This document shows positions 48,300 to 56,484 of a stretch of DNA of 56,484 nt, piece after piece (positions within the stretch are counted from its first letter, which is position 1; every line of letters starts with the position of its first letter). The DNA comes from a virus. Its lineage: Duplodnaviria; Caudoviricetes. The notes beneath the pieces were generated by a model. It did not search any database. It was not told where the DNA came from and saw only the letters and a list, made by a program, of their open reading frames with translations. The position numbers and the translations under genes were made by a program. The stretch covers positions 1 through 56,484 of the IMG/VR virus record IMGVR_UViG_3300049437_000074; one strand, written 5' to 3'.

Positions 48300-48659
48300 A
48301 TGAATGAAAGAATGATTACTTTGACTCTGACCGCCGGGGAAACCGGCGCAACCCTTTCGACCACTTATCAGTACATGACCGTGCCGATTTCGCTTACTAT
48401 AGTGGGGGTAACAGCCTCCCCTAACGTTGACGATGCGGGCACTACTATTGATATTCTGGATGACACCGTTGAAGTTATTGCCGGGGTTGTCTGTGATACC
48501 AAAGCCACGCCGGGAACCTGGCTCTCTACCCATCTGGGCGGCACTAATGCGCCCGTGCGCGTAGCGGCTGATAGTGTGTTGAGCCTGGACGCCAACAGCG
48601 CAGCGGCCAATACAATGGTCAACGTGGTTTTGTGGTGCCTGGTTGGTGAGCTTACCTAA
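48300..48659 (+). CDS. Putative head decoration / structural protein
   Basis: AAGGAG RBS; beta-rich 119 aa; position in the head module. Confidence 0.55.
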   Translation: MNERMITLTLTAGETGATLSTTYQYMTVPISLTIVGVTASPNVDDAGTTIDILDDTVEVIAGVVCDTKATPGTWLSTHLGGTNAPVRVAADSVLSLDANSAAANTMVNVVLWCLVGELT

Positions 48660-48682
48660 AATAGATTGAAAGGATTTTCAAA

Positions 48683-49018
48683 ATGGACGATGATTTGAAA
48701 CAAAAGTGTATTGACTATATCAATGCTAACGCGGCTTCATTGCACGGCGTTGAGCCGAAAAATCTGGACATCGGCCCAGATGTGACGGTTGACAATATCG
48801 TTGACGCCTCAATTCGGGGCGATGAAGCAATGGTAATTGTTGATCGGGGCGTCAAGGGTACACCTAAGTACACCATTGCTTTGTCACTGCTGAAGGAAGC
48901 AAAAGCAGCCCCGGCCTATACCAGCCTTAATCCCCAGCTTGATCCGGTTGAAGTCGAGGCCAAAAAAGTTGACGTGCTCAAAGAGAAGTACCAGCCAGGG
49001 CGAGGTGCGGGTAAATGA
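48683..49018 (+). CDS. Hypothetical structural-module protein
   Basis: 111 aa; GAAAGGA RBS. Confidence 0.55.
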   Translation: MDDDLKQKCIDYINANAASLHGVEPKNLDIGPDVTVDNIVDASIRGDEAMVIVDRGVKGTPKYTIALSLLKEAKAAPAYTSLNPQLDPVEVEAKKVDVLKEKYQPGRGAGK

Positions 49019-49293
49019 GTGGCCCGGCTAACTATGTCGAGGTTACAGCAGATGCCCAGGTTACAACCGGAAATGGTCGGATAGCCTCAGTAGTTCTAAC
49101 CCCGGCGGCGGCAGTAGCTACGCTGATTTTGTATGATAATACCAGCGCCGCCGGGGATAAAATTGTGACCTTACAGGCAGCGGCCAATGGGGGGAGTGTC
49201 GTTTTAACTCCCCCTGATAGTATCGTTTTTGACACCGGCGTTTATGCCGACATTGGCGGGGCCGGGGCGCTGGCCTATGTGTATCTGTCCTGA
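49015..49293 (+). CDS. Small beta-sandwich virion protein
   Basis: LILYDNTSAAG...IVFDTGVYA motif seen in phage structural modules. Confidence 0.55.
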   Translation: MSGPANYVEVTADAQVTTGNGRIASVVLTPAAAVATLILYDNTSAAGDKIVTLQAAANGGSVVLTPPDSIVFDTGVYADIGGAGALAYVYLS

Positions 49294-49295
49294 CT

Positions 49296-50207
49296 ATGGC
49301 TCTTTTAATCACTACCTTTTTTACTCAGGTTGAAAATAGCATCCCTGACCGGATGACCTCAGAGGTTAGCGATGCCAACTTATACCAGCAAATCAAACAG
49401 GCAGTGATAGATTATAGCCGCATCCGCAACACGCTCTTGACGGTTGACTTAGCCGGGGACGGCTCCCGATACTACGCTATCAACTCTACCACCTTCCCTG
49501 GTTATTCCAATCAATTCAGCCGGATCATCTCAATCGAGTATCCGGCCCAGGCTATCGCATCAAACGGGACACCGACTTACTTGGATAGCGGGGATTGGGA
49601 TGAAGATTACTATGATGCCAATGAAGTGCGTTACCTTTACCTGTCAGGTCATCAACCGGCCACGGGGGAGACACTACGCATCAGGTTTCTGGGCGCTTAC
49701 CTCTGGACAGCTTCAACAACAACCACCGGCTCGGTAACGCAGGCTGCGCACGGTTTTGCACTTAGCGATTACATCTACAAAAACGCCTCAAATGTTTGGG
49801 TTAATGCTGGCACTACTGCCAATCTTCTGGCGACACATCAGGTTAGCACGGTTACAGATGCCAATACCTTTATCGCTAAAGTGTTGATGGTAGACGTGCC
49901 TGAAATGGACTTCTTTGCGGTTTGTAATCGGGCGGCCTGTATCATTTGCACCGAGATAGCCACCCGTTACAGTCGTACCAGTGACAGCACTATAAGCGCC
50001 GATAGCGTTAGCCACACCTCGCGGGCGGGTGAGTTTAGCCGCCGGGCAAAAGAGTTTTGTGAGCGATGGGCTTCTCATATGGGCATCAGTAGCGGGGGGG
50101 ATAGCGGTGAAGCTGACAAAAGTTACCTACCGGCTTCCGAGTTTATAGACTGGGGCAATAACCCAGGATGGCCCTGGCGACGGCGATACACTACATACGG
50201 ATACTAA
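49296..50207 (+). CDS. Head-tail adaptor-like protein
   Basis: IKQAVIDYSR, SIEYP, DSTISADSVSH; position before neck genes. Confidence 0.6.
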   Translation: MALLITTFFTQVENSIPDRMTSEVSDANLYQQIKQAVIDYSRIRNTLLTVDLAGDGSRYYAINSTTFPGYSNQFSRIISIEYPAQAIASNGTPTYLDSGDWDEDYYDANEVRYLYLSGHQPATGETLRIRFLGAYLWTASTTTTGSVTQAAHGFALSDYIYKNASNVWVNAGTTANLLATHQVSTVTDANTFIAKVLMVDVPEMDFFAVCNRAACIICTEIATRYSRTSDSTISADSVSHTSRAGEFSRRAKEFCERWASHMGISSGGDSGEADKSYLPASEFIDWGNNPGWPWRRRYTTYGY

Positions 50208-50704
50208 TGCAAGTACATTTTGATCTGTCAGAGATTGAAACTTTCATTAAAGATTTATCGGCTATCCCGGCCTTAACCGAGCGTGAAAACGAGGTGGCGA
50301 TGGTCAAGAGTTTAGCCGTTACTCATGGTGAAATCGCAGGACTTACGCCGGTCAATATCGGCAATCTTAGAGGATCAGAACTGACCAGTATCCAGGGGGA
50401 GCCAATTAACTTAACCGGCAATGTGTACACTGATGCTATTTATGGGTGGTCAGTGGAAGAAGGGCGCAAGCCCGGAAGTATGCCCCCGGTTGAAGTTGAC
50501 GGGCTTGAGTATTGGGTACGGCGCAAGCTGGGCATCACTGATGACAGCGCCCGACAAGTGGCTTTTGTGATTGCGCGGGCTATCGGCAGGCGCGGCACTA
50601 AAGGAGTAATGATGTTTGACCAGGGCTTGAATAGGGCCACGCCGGATATAGTGCAGATTTATACCAATATGGCAGACAGTATTGTGGTGGCGATGTCCAG
50701 ATGA
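50207..50704 (+). CDS. Neck protein (HK97 gp10-like)
   Basis: TPVNIGNLRGS, VEEGRKPGSMPP, IARAIGRRGTKG. Confidence 0.75.
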   Translation: MQVHFDLSEIETFIKDLSAIPALTERENEVAMVKSLAVTHGEIAGLTPVNIGNLRGSELTSIQGEPINLTGNVYTDAIYGWSVEEGRKPGSMPPVEVDGLEYWVRRKLGITDDSARQVAFVIARAIGRRGTKGVMMFDQGLNRATPDIVQIYTNMADSIVVAMSR

Positions 50705-51162
50705 GCAATGAGTCAACGATCCGAGCCAACATCAAGACGGCTATTCAGACGGTAACAAATGTTGGGGTGGTCTATGACTATCTGCGCTTTGCCTCAAATT
50801 GGGATGACCTTCTGGACCTGTTCAAGACAACGATAAGCGGTAGCGATGTTATTCGGGGCTGGCATTTTAGCTGTAACGGGCTTAACCCGGCGGTAGAGCG
50901 TGAAACCTTTGGTGATACAGGGTTACTCACGCGCAATTATCAATACAAGATTTTAGGATATGCCGGACTGGATGACAGCGCGGCAACTGAGAAAACGTTC
51001 TTTGCGATTACTGAGCTGGTTTTAGAGGCTCTCTCTAATCACATCGTTGGGGGAGAGGATAACATTCCAACTCTTACCACCTTTGAGCCTCGCACTTTTG
51101 GCGGGATAGTTTGTCACTTTGCTGAGATTACAATGACGGTAAAGGATGATTACATAGGCTAA
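50701..51162 (+). CDS. Tail terminator / completion protein
   Basis: Position before tube genes; GVVYDY.R...HFAEITM. Confidence 0.6.
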   Translation: MSNESTIRANIKTAIQTVTNVGVVYDYLRFASNWDDLLDLFKTTISGSDVIRGWHFSCNGLNPAVERETFGDTGLLTRNYQYKILGYAGLDDSAATEKTFFAITELVLEALSNHIVGGEDNIPTLTTFEPRTFGGIVCHFAEITMTVKDDYIG

Positions 51163-51164
51163 TT

Positions 51165-51899
51165 ATGGCAGGCAAACGAGCGGGCAAGTGGGCTAGAATT
51201 TGGGTGGACGGTTATAGCCTGGAAACAAAAATAAGCAATGTGGGGCCGCTGGCTAACACCTATGATGAGATAGAGGTATCCGGCTATAACCAGGATAAGA
51301 ACTATTTGGCCGGTCAGGGCGATGGCTCAATTATCGTTGACGGCTATCTTGACAATACCGATGATGGCACACACGAGGCGTTTTCAATGGTTGCCAGTGG
51401 CGACAATTCTCAAATCGTTACTGTCGCTCTGGGTAACAACGCTCTGCCGACTATCGGTGATGTTACCTGTTCAATGCACTGTAATCAATTCAACTATACT
51501 TCTACCACCCTACGCAGCGGGGCAATTGCCTTTAATGCAGCGATGAAGGCCGGGCCGGATTTACCCATTTTGGAGTGGGGGGTTTTATTGGCCGATACCA
51601 GCATAACCGCCGATGGGTCAAGTGCCAGTGTTGACGGGGCGGCAGCAACTACATTGGGCGGTAGTGCTTACTTGCACATCACCGGGTTGTCATCAGGCGA
51701 CACAATCATTGTTACCGTTGAGGACAGCGCCAACAATTCAACCTGGGCAACGATTGGCACGTTCACCCTTGACGGTTCGGCCATCAATGGTGAGCGCATC
51801 GCTATCGCTGGCACAATCCGCAGATACACGCGGGCGACTTATGACGTTACCGGGGCGGCGGTTAGCTTCCCTCTGGCCGTAGCTTTACACAGAAATTAG
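51165..51899 (+). CDS. Tail tube-like protein, paralogue 1 (with C-terminal beta extension)
   Basis: MAGKR...DEIEVSGYNQDKNYLAGQGD shared with the next gene. Confidence 0.7.
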   Translation: MAGKRAGKWARIWVDGYSLETKISNVGPLANTYDEIEVSGYNQDKNYLAGQGDGSIIVDGYLDNTDDGTHEAFSMVASGDNSQIVTVALGNNALPTIGDVTCSMHCNQFNYTSTTLRSGAIAFNAAMKAGPDLPILEWGVLLADTSITADGSSASVDGAAATTLGGSAYLHITGLSSGDTIIVTVEDSANNSTWATIGTFTLDGSAINGERIAIAGTIRRYTRATYDVTGAAVSFPLAVALHRN

Positions 51900-51908
51900 G
51901 AGAACAGC

Positions 51909-52340
51909 ATGGCAGGAAAACGAATTGGCAAATTCAGCAAGATATTATTTGACACTCAGGACATCAGCATTTTAGTACAGGAAATCAGCGGCCTCCCTCG
52001 TACTTTTGATGAGATAGAGGTATCCGGTTTCAATCAGGATAAAAATTACTTGAGCGGGCAAGGTGACACTGACATCACCTTGACAATGCTCTTTACTACT
52101 ACAGCAACCACCGGCAGCCATACGATTTTCGCGGCAAAGGTTGGCAATAACACCGGCTATGCCCTGAGCGTGACATTGGGAAATAACGTGGCAGCTACTA
52201 CCGGCGATCCGCAGTTTACCGGCACTGTTTTGGTGACTGACTATCAGGTGCTAATTACCCGTTCTGGTGCTCAAATGTGTACTACTAAGTTGCGCCCGAT
52301 GGCTGATAATGCGATCCCGGTCTGGGGTACTTCGGCCTGA
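51909..52340 (+). CDS. Major tail tube protein, paralogue 2
   Basis: MAGKR...DEIEVSGFNQDKNYLSGQGD; AGGAG RBS; precedes the chaperone gene. Confidence 0.75.
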   Translation: MAGKRIGKFSKILFDTQDISILVQEISGLPRTFDEIEVSGFNQDKNYLSGQGDTDITLTMLFTTTATTGSHTIFAAKVGNNTGYALSVTLGNNVAATTGDPQFTGTVLVTDYQVLITRSGAQMCTTKLRPMADNAIPVWGTSA

Positions 52341-52639
52341 TGCCAACGGTGGTTTGTCCGGTTGAAGGGTTTGAGGAAGTCTCTGTTACCTATCCCGACG
52401 AATGGCTATACAAGCATTTTGAGCAATACCATTTTGGAGTAAGCCAAGCGCCTGACAATGCAACCGAGGCGACAAAAGAGACTTACGGCTCAATTGCCTT
52501 GTGCGACAAAATCGAAGGAATAGCCACTGATGATTTGTTTAACCTCCCCCTTCATGCAATCAAGTTCTTTAACTGGCTCAAGCAGGAAGTCTATTTTAGC
52601 TATTTATTGGCAGTTAGCCCGCCAAAAAAAAAGAGCTAA
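52340..52639 (+). CDS. Tail assembly chaperone (gpG-like)
   Basis: Between tube and tape measure genes; ends in an A9G slippery run. Confidence 0.75.
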   Translation: MPTVVCPVEGFEEVSVTYPDEWLYKHFEQYHFGVSQAPDNATEATKETYGSIALCDKIEGIATDDLFNLPLHAIKFFNWLKQEVYFSYLLAVSPPKKKS

Positions 52640-52917
52640 TTCAGACCGCAGACTACGCCGAAAACCCGCACGGAAATAAACCGCCGGCCCTCCTTGAAAA
52701 AATCTTACGCTGTAGACGGTGGGGGTTAGCTCCAAAGGCCGGGGGGTTGGAAAATCAACCCCTTGAGATAATTCAAATGGAGCAATTAGAGACAGTGTAC
52801 TGGGCTTTTGTGGCAGTAAGTCAGACTAGAGATTCAGCTAAGTTTGCAGAGGCTAACCCAGAAACCCATGACTTGTACGTGCGAATAGATCAGATGAGGA
52901 ATAAGGAAGGCGGCTAA
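52624..52917 (+). CDS. -1 frameshift extension of the chaperone (gpGT-like; not in ORF track)
   Basis: A AAA AAG at 52627-52633; the -1 frame is open to TAA 52917 and contains WGLAPKAGGLENQP. Confidence 0.75.
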   Translation, partial: KKKELIQTADYAENPHGNKPPALLEKILRCRRWGLAPKAGGLENQPLEIIQMEQLETVYWAFVAVSQTRDSAKFAEANPETHDLYVRIDQMRNKEGG

Positions 52918-52934
52918 CCCCGCCTTTTTTACAA

Positions 52935-54941
52935 ATGGCAGATAGACGGTTAGAAGTTACAATCTCGGCTGATAGCTCGAAGTTTATCAGTGAATTAAAG
53001 AAGGCCGGCGTGCAGGTCAAGTCCTTTGACGATGACACTAAAGGCGCGTCCAAAGGTACGGCCTCATTTGGCGATGCTATGAATCTGCTCGGCGGCCCGT
53101 CGTTGACATTGGCAGCTGGGTTAGCGGCGGTAGCCGGGGGGATAAAGTTTACTACAGATGCGGCGCGGGAATCGAGGGAGGTGCAAGCGCAGTTAGCGGC
53201 GGTCTTGAAGTCTACCGGCGGTATTGCCGGGGTGACATCGGCAGAGGCTAATGCTTATGCCAATAGCCTGCAAAAACTAACCAACTTTGATGATGAGGCT
53301 ATTCTATCGGGTGAAACCTTACTCCTGACTTTCAAGAAAATAGGGGGTGACATCTTCCCCAGGGCAACGGCGGCGGCGCTGGATTTGTCGGTACGTTTCA
53401 AGCAGGACTTAAGCGCCAGTGTGACAATGCTAGGCAAGGCGCTTGAAAACCCTATAGCTGGGATAAGCGCCCTGACTCGCAATGGAATAACCTTTACTGA
53501 TGCCCAAAAGGATATGATTGAAAGCCTGGTGGAATCGGGGGATTTATTAGGCGCTCAGGCCATTATCCTGACCGAAGTAGAGGCCAACGCCAAAGGAGCC
53601 GCCGAAGCTGCCCGGCTAGCAGACGGTGGTTTTATCGCTGTGCAAAATTCAGCAGGCAACCTGGCCGAAGCAGTCGGTGAAGCCCTGATGCCAGCTATGA
53701 CGAGCTTAAACGAGATCGTCATAGCCGGGCTTGACGGTCTGACAATGGCCTATGAGTACATGTCCATTCTGGCCGATGCCAGTAGTATCTTAGCCGAGCG
53801 CGGGCAATCATTGGGTACGGTTTGGCTGGACACCTTGTTTAATCAGGAGTCACTAGCCGGGGCCGTGCAAGAGGTAACAGCAGCGCAGGCAGAGCAGGCG
53901 GCGGGCCTGGCAAATAACACTGATGCTATTGTTGCCAATGCGGAGGCAGTAGCGGCACAAGAGGAAATTCTACGAGCTAACCAGCAAGTAACGGCTGATT
54001 ACTATTCCAACATCTTTGAGATGCAAGATGAGCGGGTCAAGAGCGAACAGGATGCGAACTTGAAAATAGCCCAGTCCCAAAGTGATGCCGATGCGGCAAT
54101 GGCAGCGAACACCCAAACTCTTAACGAGCGCATAGCCGAATTAAACAATGAGCGTATAGATGCCAAAAACGAAGTGGCAGCACGGGGCGCTGAGATGACA
54201 GATGGCGAGTATGAAGCGGAGATGATAAAGATCAATACTCACTATGATGAGATGATAGTTAAAACCAATGAGGCTTACACGGAACAAAACGGGGAAATCC
54301 AGGCCAAACTAAAAGAGCGACAATTGGCTATTGAGGAGCAACAGCGCAAAGAACAAGAGGAATATGAAAAACACTTACTAGACATAAACCTAAAAACCAG
54401 CCTGAATATATTGGAAAGAAAAGGAAAATTAGAGGAATTAACTGGGATTGTTGGGGCAACAGCAGATGAGGTTTTTGATCTGATTAAAGGCGGTCAAATT
54501 AAGGCAGAGGGAGAATTGCTGGGGGCAATTAGCGGAGAGTTTCAAGGCTTTAATCAAAATATCGGAGACGCCCGACAAGTAGCAGAGACGAGTATAGGTA
54601 GTCTCAAAGGTGTTTTTGACGGCACATTTACCGGCATAACTGACAGCAATAACACAATGAAGGATAGACTTATAACCAACTTTAGAGACATCGAAAGCGC
54701 GGCCCGGTCTGCGGCAACTATCGGCAATGGTCTTAGCATCACAGGCAGCGCAACGGCGGCGAACTATGCTACCGGCGGCACGTTCACCGTCCCCCCTGGC
54801 TATCCCAATGACAGCTATAGAATGGGAGTATCAACGGGTGAAACCGTAACTGTGCAAAACAATTACAACTTGACTACCCAAACAGCAATGGACTCGGCGG
54901 GCGTGTCAAGAGATTTTCAATTTATGCAACTTTTTGCGTAA
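52935..54941 (+). CDS. Tape measure protein
   Basis: 668 aa; LEVTISADSS N-terminus, LGKALENPIAGISALTRNG, helical core, YATGG.F.VP C-terminus. Confidence 0.9.
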   Translation: MADRRLEVTISADSSKFISELKKAGVQVKSFDDDTKGASKGTASFGDAMNLLGGPSLTLAAGLAAVAGGIKFTTDAARESREVQAQLAAVLKSTGGIAGVTSAEANAYANSLQKLTNFDDEAILSGETLLLTFKKIGGDIFPRATAAALDLSVRFKQDLSASVTMLGKALENPIAGISALTRNGITFTDAQKDMIESLVESGDLLGAQAIILTEVEANAKGAAEAARLADGGFIAVQNSAGNLAEAVGEALMPAMTSLNEIVIAGLDGLTMAYEYMSILADASSILAERGQSLGTVWLDTLFNQESLAGAVQEVTAAQAEQAAGLANNTDAIVANAEAVAAQEEILRANQQVTADYYSNIFEMQDERVKSEQDANLKIAQSQSDADAAMAANTQTLNERIAELNNERIDAKNEVAARGAEMTDGEYEAEMIKINTHYDEMIVKTNEAYTEQNGEIQAKLKERQLAIEEQQRKEQEEYEKHLLDINLKTSLNILERKGKLEELTGIVGATADEVFDLIKGGQIKAEGELLGAISGEFQGFNQNIGDARQVAETSIGSLKGVFDGTFTGITDSNNTMKDRLITNFRDIESAARSAATIGNGLSITGSATAANYATGGTFTVPPGYPNDSYRMGVSTGETVTVQNNYNLTTQTAMDSAGVSRDFQFMQLFA

Positions 54942-54947
54942 TAGGTT

Positions 54948-56484
54948 ATGTCATACTTTAAAGTAATAGTTCCTGTCCAAGCCGTTAACTTAATCCTTAA
55001 TCCAATTTGCGGAGCCGCTGACCCTGACACGTCATTCGATATTGCCGGCGACGGGGCCGGCTCTCCTGATGTTACCCGTTCAACCGCCGATGCCCTATTC
55101 GGGGATGGTTCATTTTTGTTTGCCCTGTCCACATCGGCCTATGTCAGACTTTATCAGGCAACCGCTGTAACTGTCAGCAGCTACACCCTGAGCGCCTATG
55201 TAAAGCGCAGCGCGGGCGGGGTACTCACGGCCTCCCACGCCGTTTTATACTTCGATAGCGCAGATGTAACCCCCACCACGATCAGTCTGATTAGAGACGG
55301 CTGGTACTATCTTGAGTATACTGGCACAGCCACAAACGGCACGCGCAACTTTGGTGTCAAGGCGCTGGAAAACGGACTAAAGGCTGATGGGATTCAACTC
55401 GAAAATACAGCCTATGCCACTACCTTGATACATGGTGACATAGAAGGCTTCCGGTCAGATGGCTACAACTGGACCGGAACGGCTCACGCTTCAATCTCTA
55501 CACGCCACGCGCAAGAGCGGTCAGGCGGGCGCGTAAAGGATATGTGGACTGATTTACTCGCTAATATTCGATCATTCGTGGGCGGCGGGGAAATGGATGA
55601 TACCATTGTCACCACAGCTTTAGCAGCAGGGCCGGGGGCCATCTTCCAGAATAACATCATTCAACCGCGCACTATTGATCTGGGCATCAGCTTTAATAGC
55701 TCCACTATCGGCAATCTACACACACGGCGAAACACGCTTTTGGAGGCCATCAAATCCCGGCTTGTCACCCCGATTCAACCCTTCGTTTTTCGCTATACCG
55801 GCAACGCCGAACCACTGGAAATCAACGCCCGCTATGCCGGGGGGTTGGAGCTAACCCGGTTGCAAAAAACCATCGAGCAAACCGGAATGAGGATGTTTTG
55901 TGAAAACCCATTCTGGCGGTCTATCGGCAATGATGCCAGCCAACTTGACGTGCAAGACACACTGACCACGAACTACATAGCCCAGCGCAGCGCGTTAGGG
56001 GAGTGGTCAAATCTGGCGACAACGCTTAACGCGGTTACGCGAGCGCTCGTAAAGACAACGGATGGTAATTTATATATCGGCGGCGATTCAACCGCGCCGG
56101 GTAGCTATGTGCAATTGTGGAATGGCGCAACTCTGGCGGCATTGGGTAGTAACCCAGGCAACACAGTTAATGCGCTTTTGAGTGACGGCACAAACGTCTA
56201 CGCGGGTGGGGCTGACAACAATCTGGAAAAGTGGGATGGGGCAACGTGGGCTAATGTGGGGATCACTCAAACGACCAGCGAACCGTTATTGGATGCCCTA
56301 GTAAGGGCCGTTGCTACATCGAATGGGAATTTATTTATTGGGGGCGATTTTACTACAGTTGCCGGTGATACAAATGGCAATGGCGTTGCCAGGTACAATA
56401 CCCTAACGGGCGACTGGACAATGCTGACTACGGGGGTAGCTGGGGGGGTAATTTATGCTATTGCGATTTACGGTAATGATATTT
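54948..56484 (+). CDS. N-terminal part of distal tail (Dit-like) protein, running off the window end
   Basis: ATG 54948 after the tape measure gene; carbohydrate-binding-like N-terminus (NLILNP...YTLSAYVK...DGIQLE), Dit core (PRTIDL...RYAGGLE...NPFW), then the same propeller repeats as 1-1250. Confidence 0.75.
   Translation, partial: MSYFKVIVPVQAVNLILNPICGAADPDTSFDIAGDGAGSPDVTRSTADALFGDGSFLFALSTSAYVRLYQATAVTVSSYTLSAYVKRSAGGVLTASHAVLYFDSADVTPTTISLIRDGWYYLEYTGTATNGTRNFGVKALENGLKADGIQLENTAYATTLIHGDIEGFRSDGYNWTGTAHASISTRHAQERSGGRVKDMWTDLLANIRSFVGGGEMDDTIVTTALAAGPGAIFQNNIIQPRTIDLGISFNSSTIGNLHTRRNTLLEAIKSRLVTPIQPFVFRYTGNAEPLEINARYAGGLELTRLQKTIEQTGMRMFCENPFWRSIGNDASQLDVQDTLTTNYIAQRSALGEWSNLATTLNAVTRALVKTTDGNLYIGGDSTAPGSYVQLWNGATLAALGSNPGNTVNALLSDGTNVYAGGADNNLEKWDGATWANVGITQTTSEPLLDALVRAVATSNGNLFIGGDFTTVAGDTNGNGVARYNTLTGDWTMLTTGVAGGVIYAIAIYGNDI

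Noticed and set aside
1-56484. Genome-wide stop-codon reassignment as explanation for the split methyltransferase
   Set aside because: Large core genes are intact under the standard code and TAA, TAG and TGA all end genes normally.

Overview
The window is an essentially complete ~56.5 kb tailed-phage (siphovirus-type) genome. It is opened inside the distal-tail gene: the ORF running off the right end appears to continue at base 2, with a gap of 3n+1 nt. Modules in order: tail tip and fibre (1-6.1 kb); a leftward accessory arm (6.2-18.5 kb) with a ParM/ParR partition cassette, membrane proteins, ASCH, an AAA_24 ATPase and small genes separated by repeated RBS/hairpin spacers; a divergent promoter switch with an XRE regulator (18.5-18.9 kb); a rightward early/replication arm (initiator with palindromic iterons, DnaC-like loader, VRR-NUC, DNA methylase); then a late operon starting with membrane proteins, two intact response-regulator receivers and a ParB-like/methyltransferase/PLP-enzyme locus, followed by terminase, portal, gpF-like protein, a fused protease-scaffold-capsid, an inserted HNH gene and tail genes. 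I recognised no integrase, endolysin, tRNA or CRISPR array; a phage-plasmid lifestyle is inferred. A Chloroflexota host is only a weak impression from protein motifs. Most unusual: (i) a methyltransferase split by about 480 bp of short hairpin- and poly-G-rich peptide modules in alternating frames, coupled to a PLP enzyme; (ii) kinase-less response regulators at the head of the late operon; (iii) an extensive predicted RNA-level control layer of antisense units and structured leaders. All product calls come from motif recognition by eye, not from database searches.
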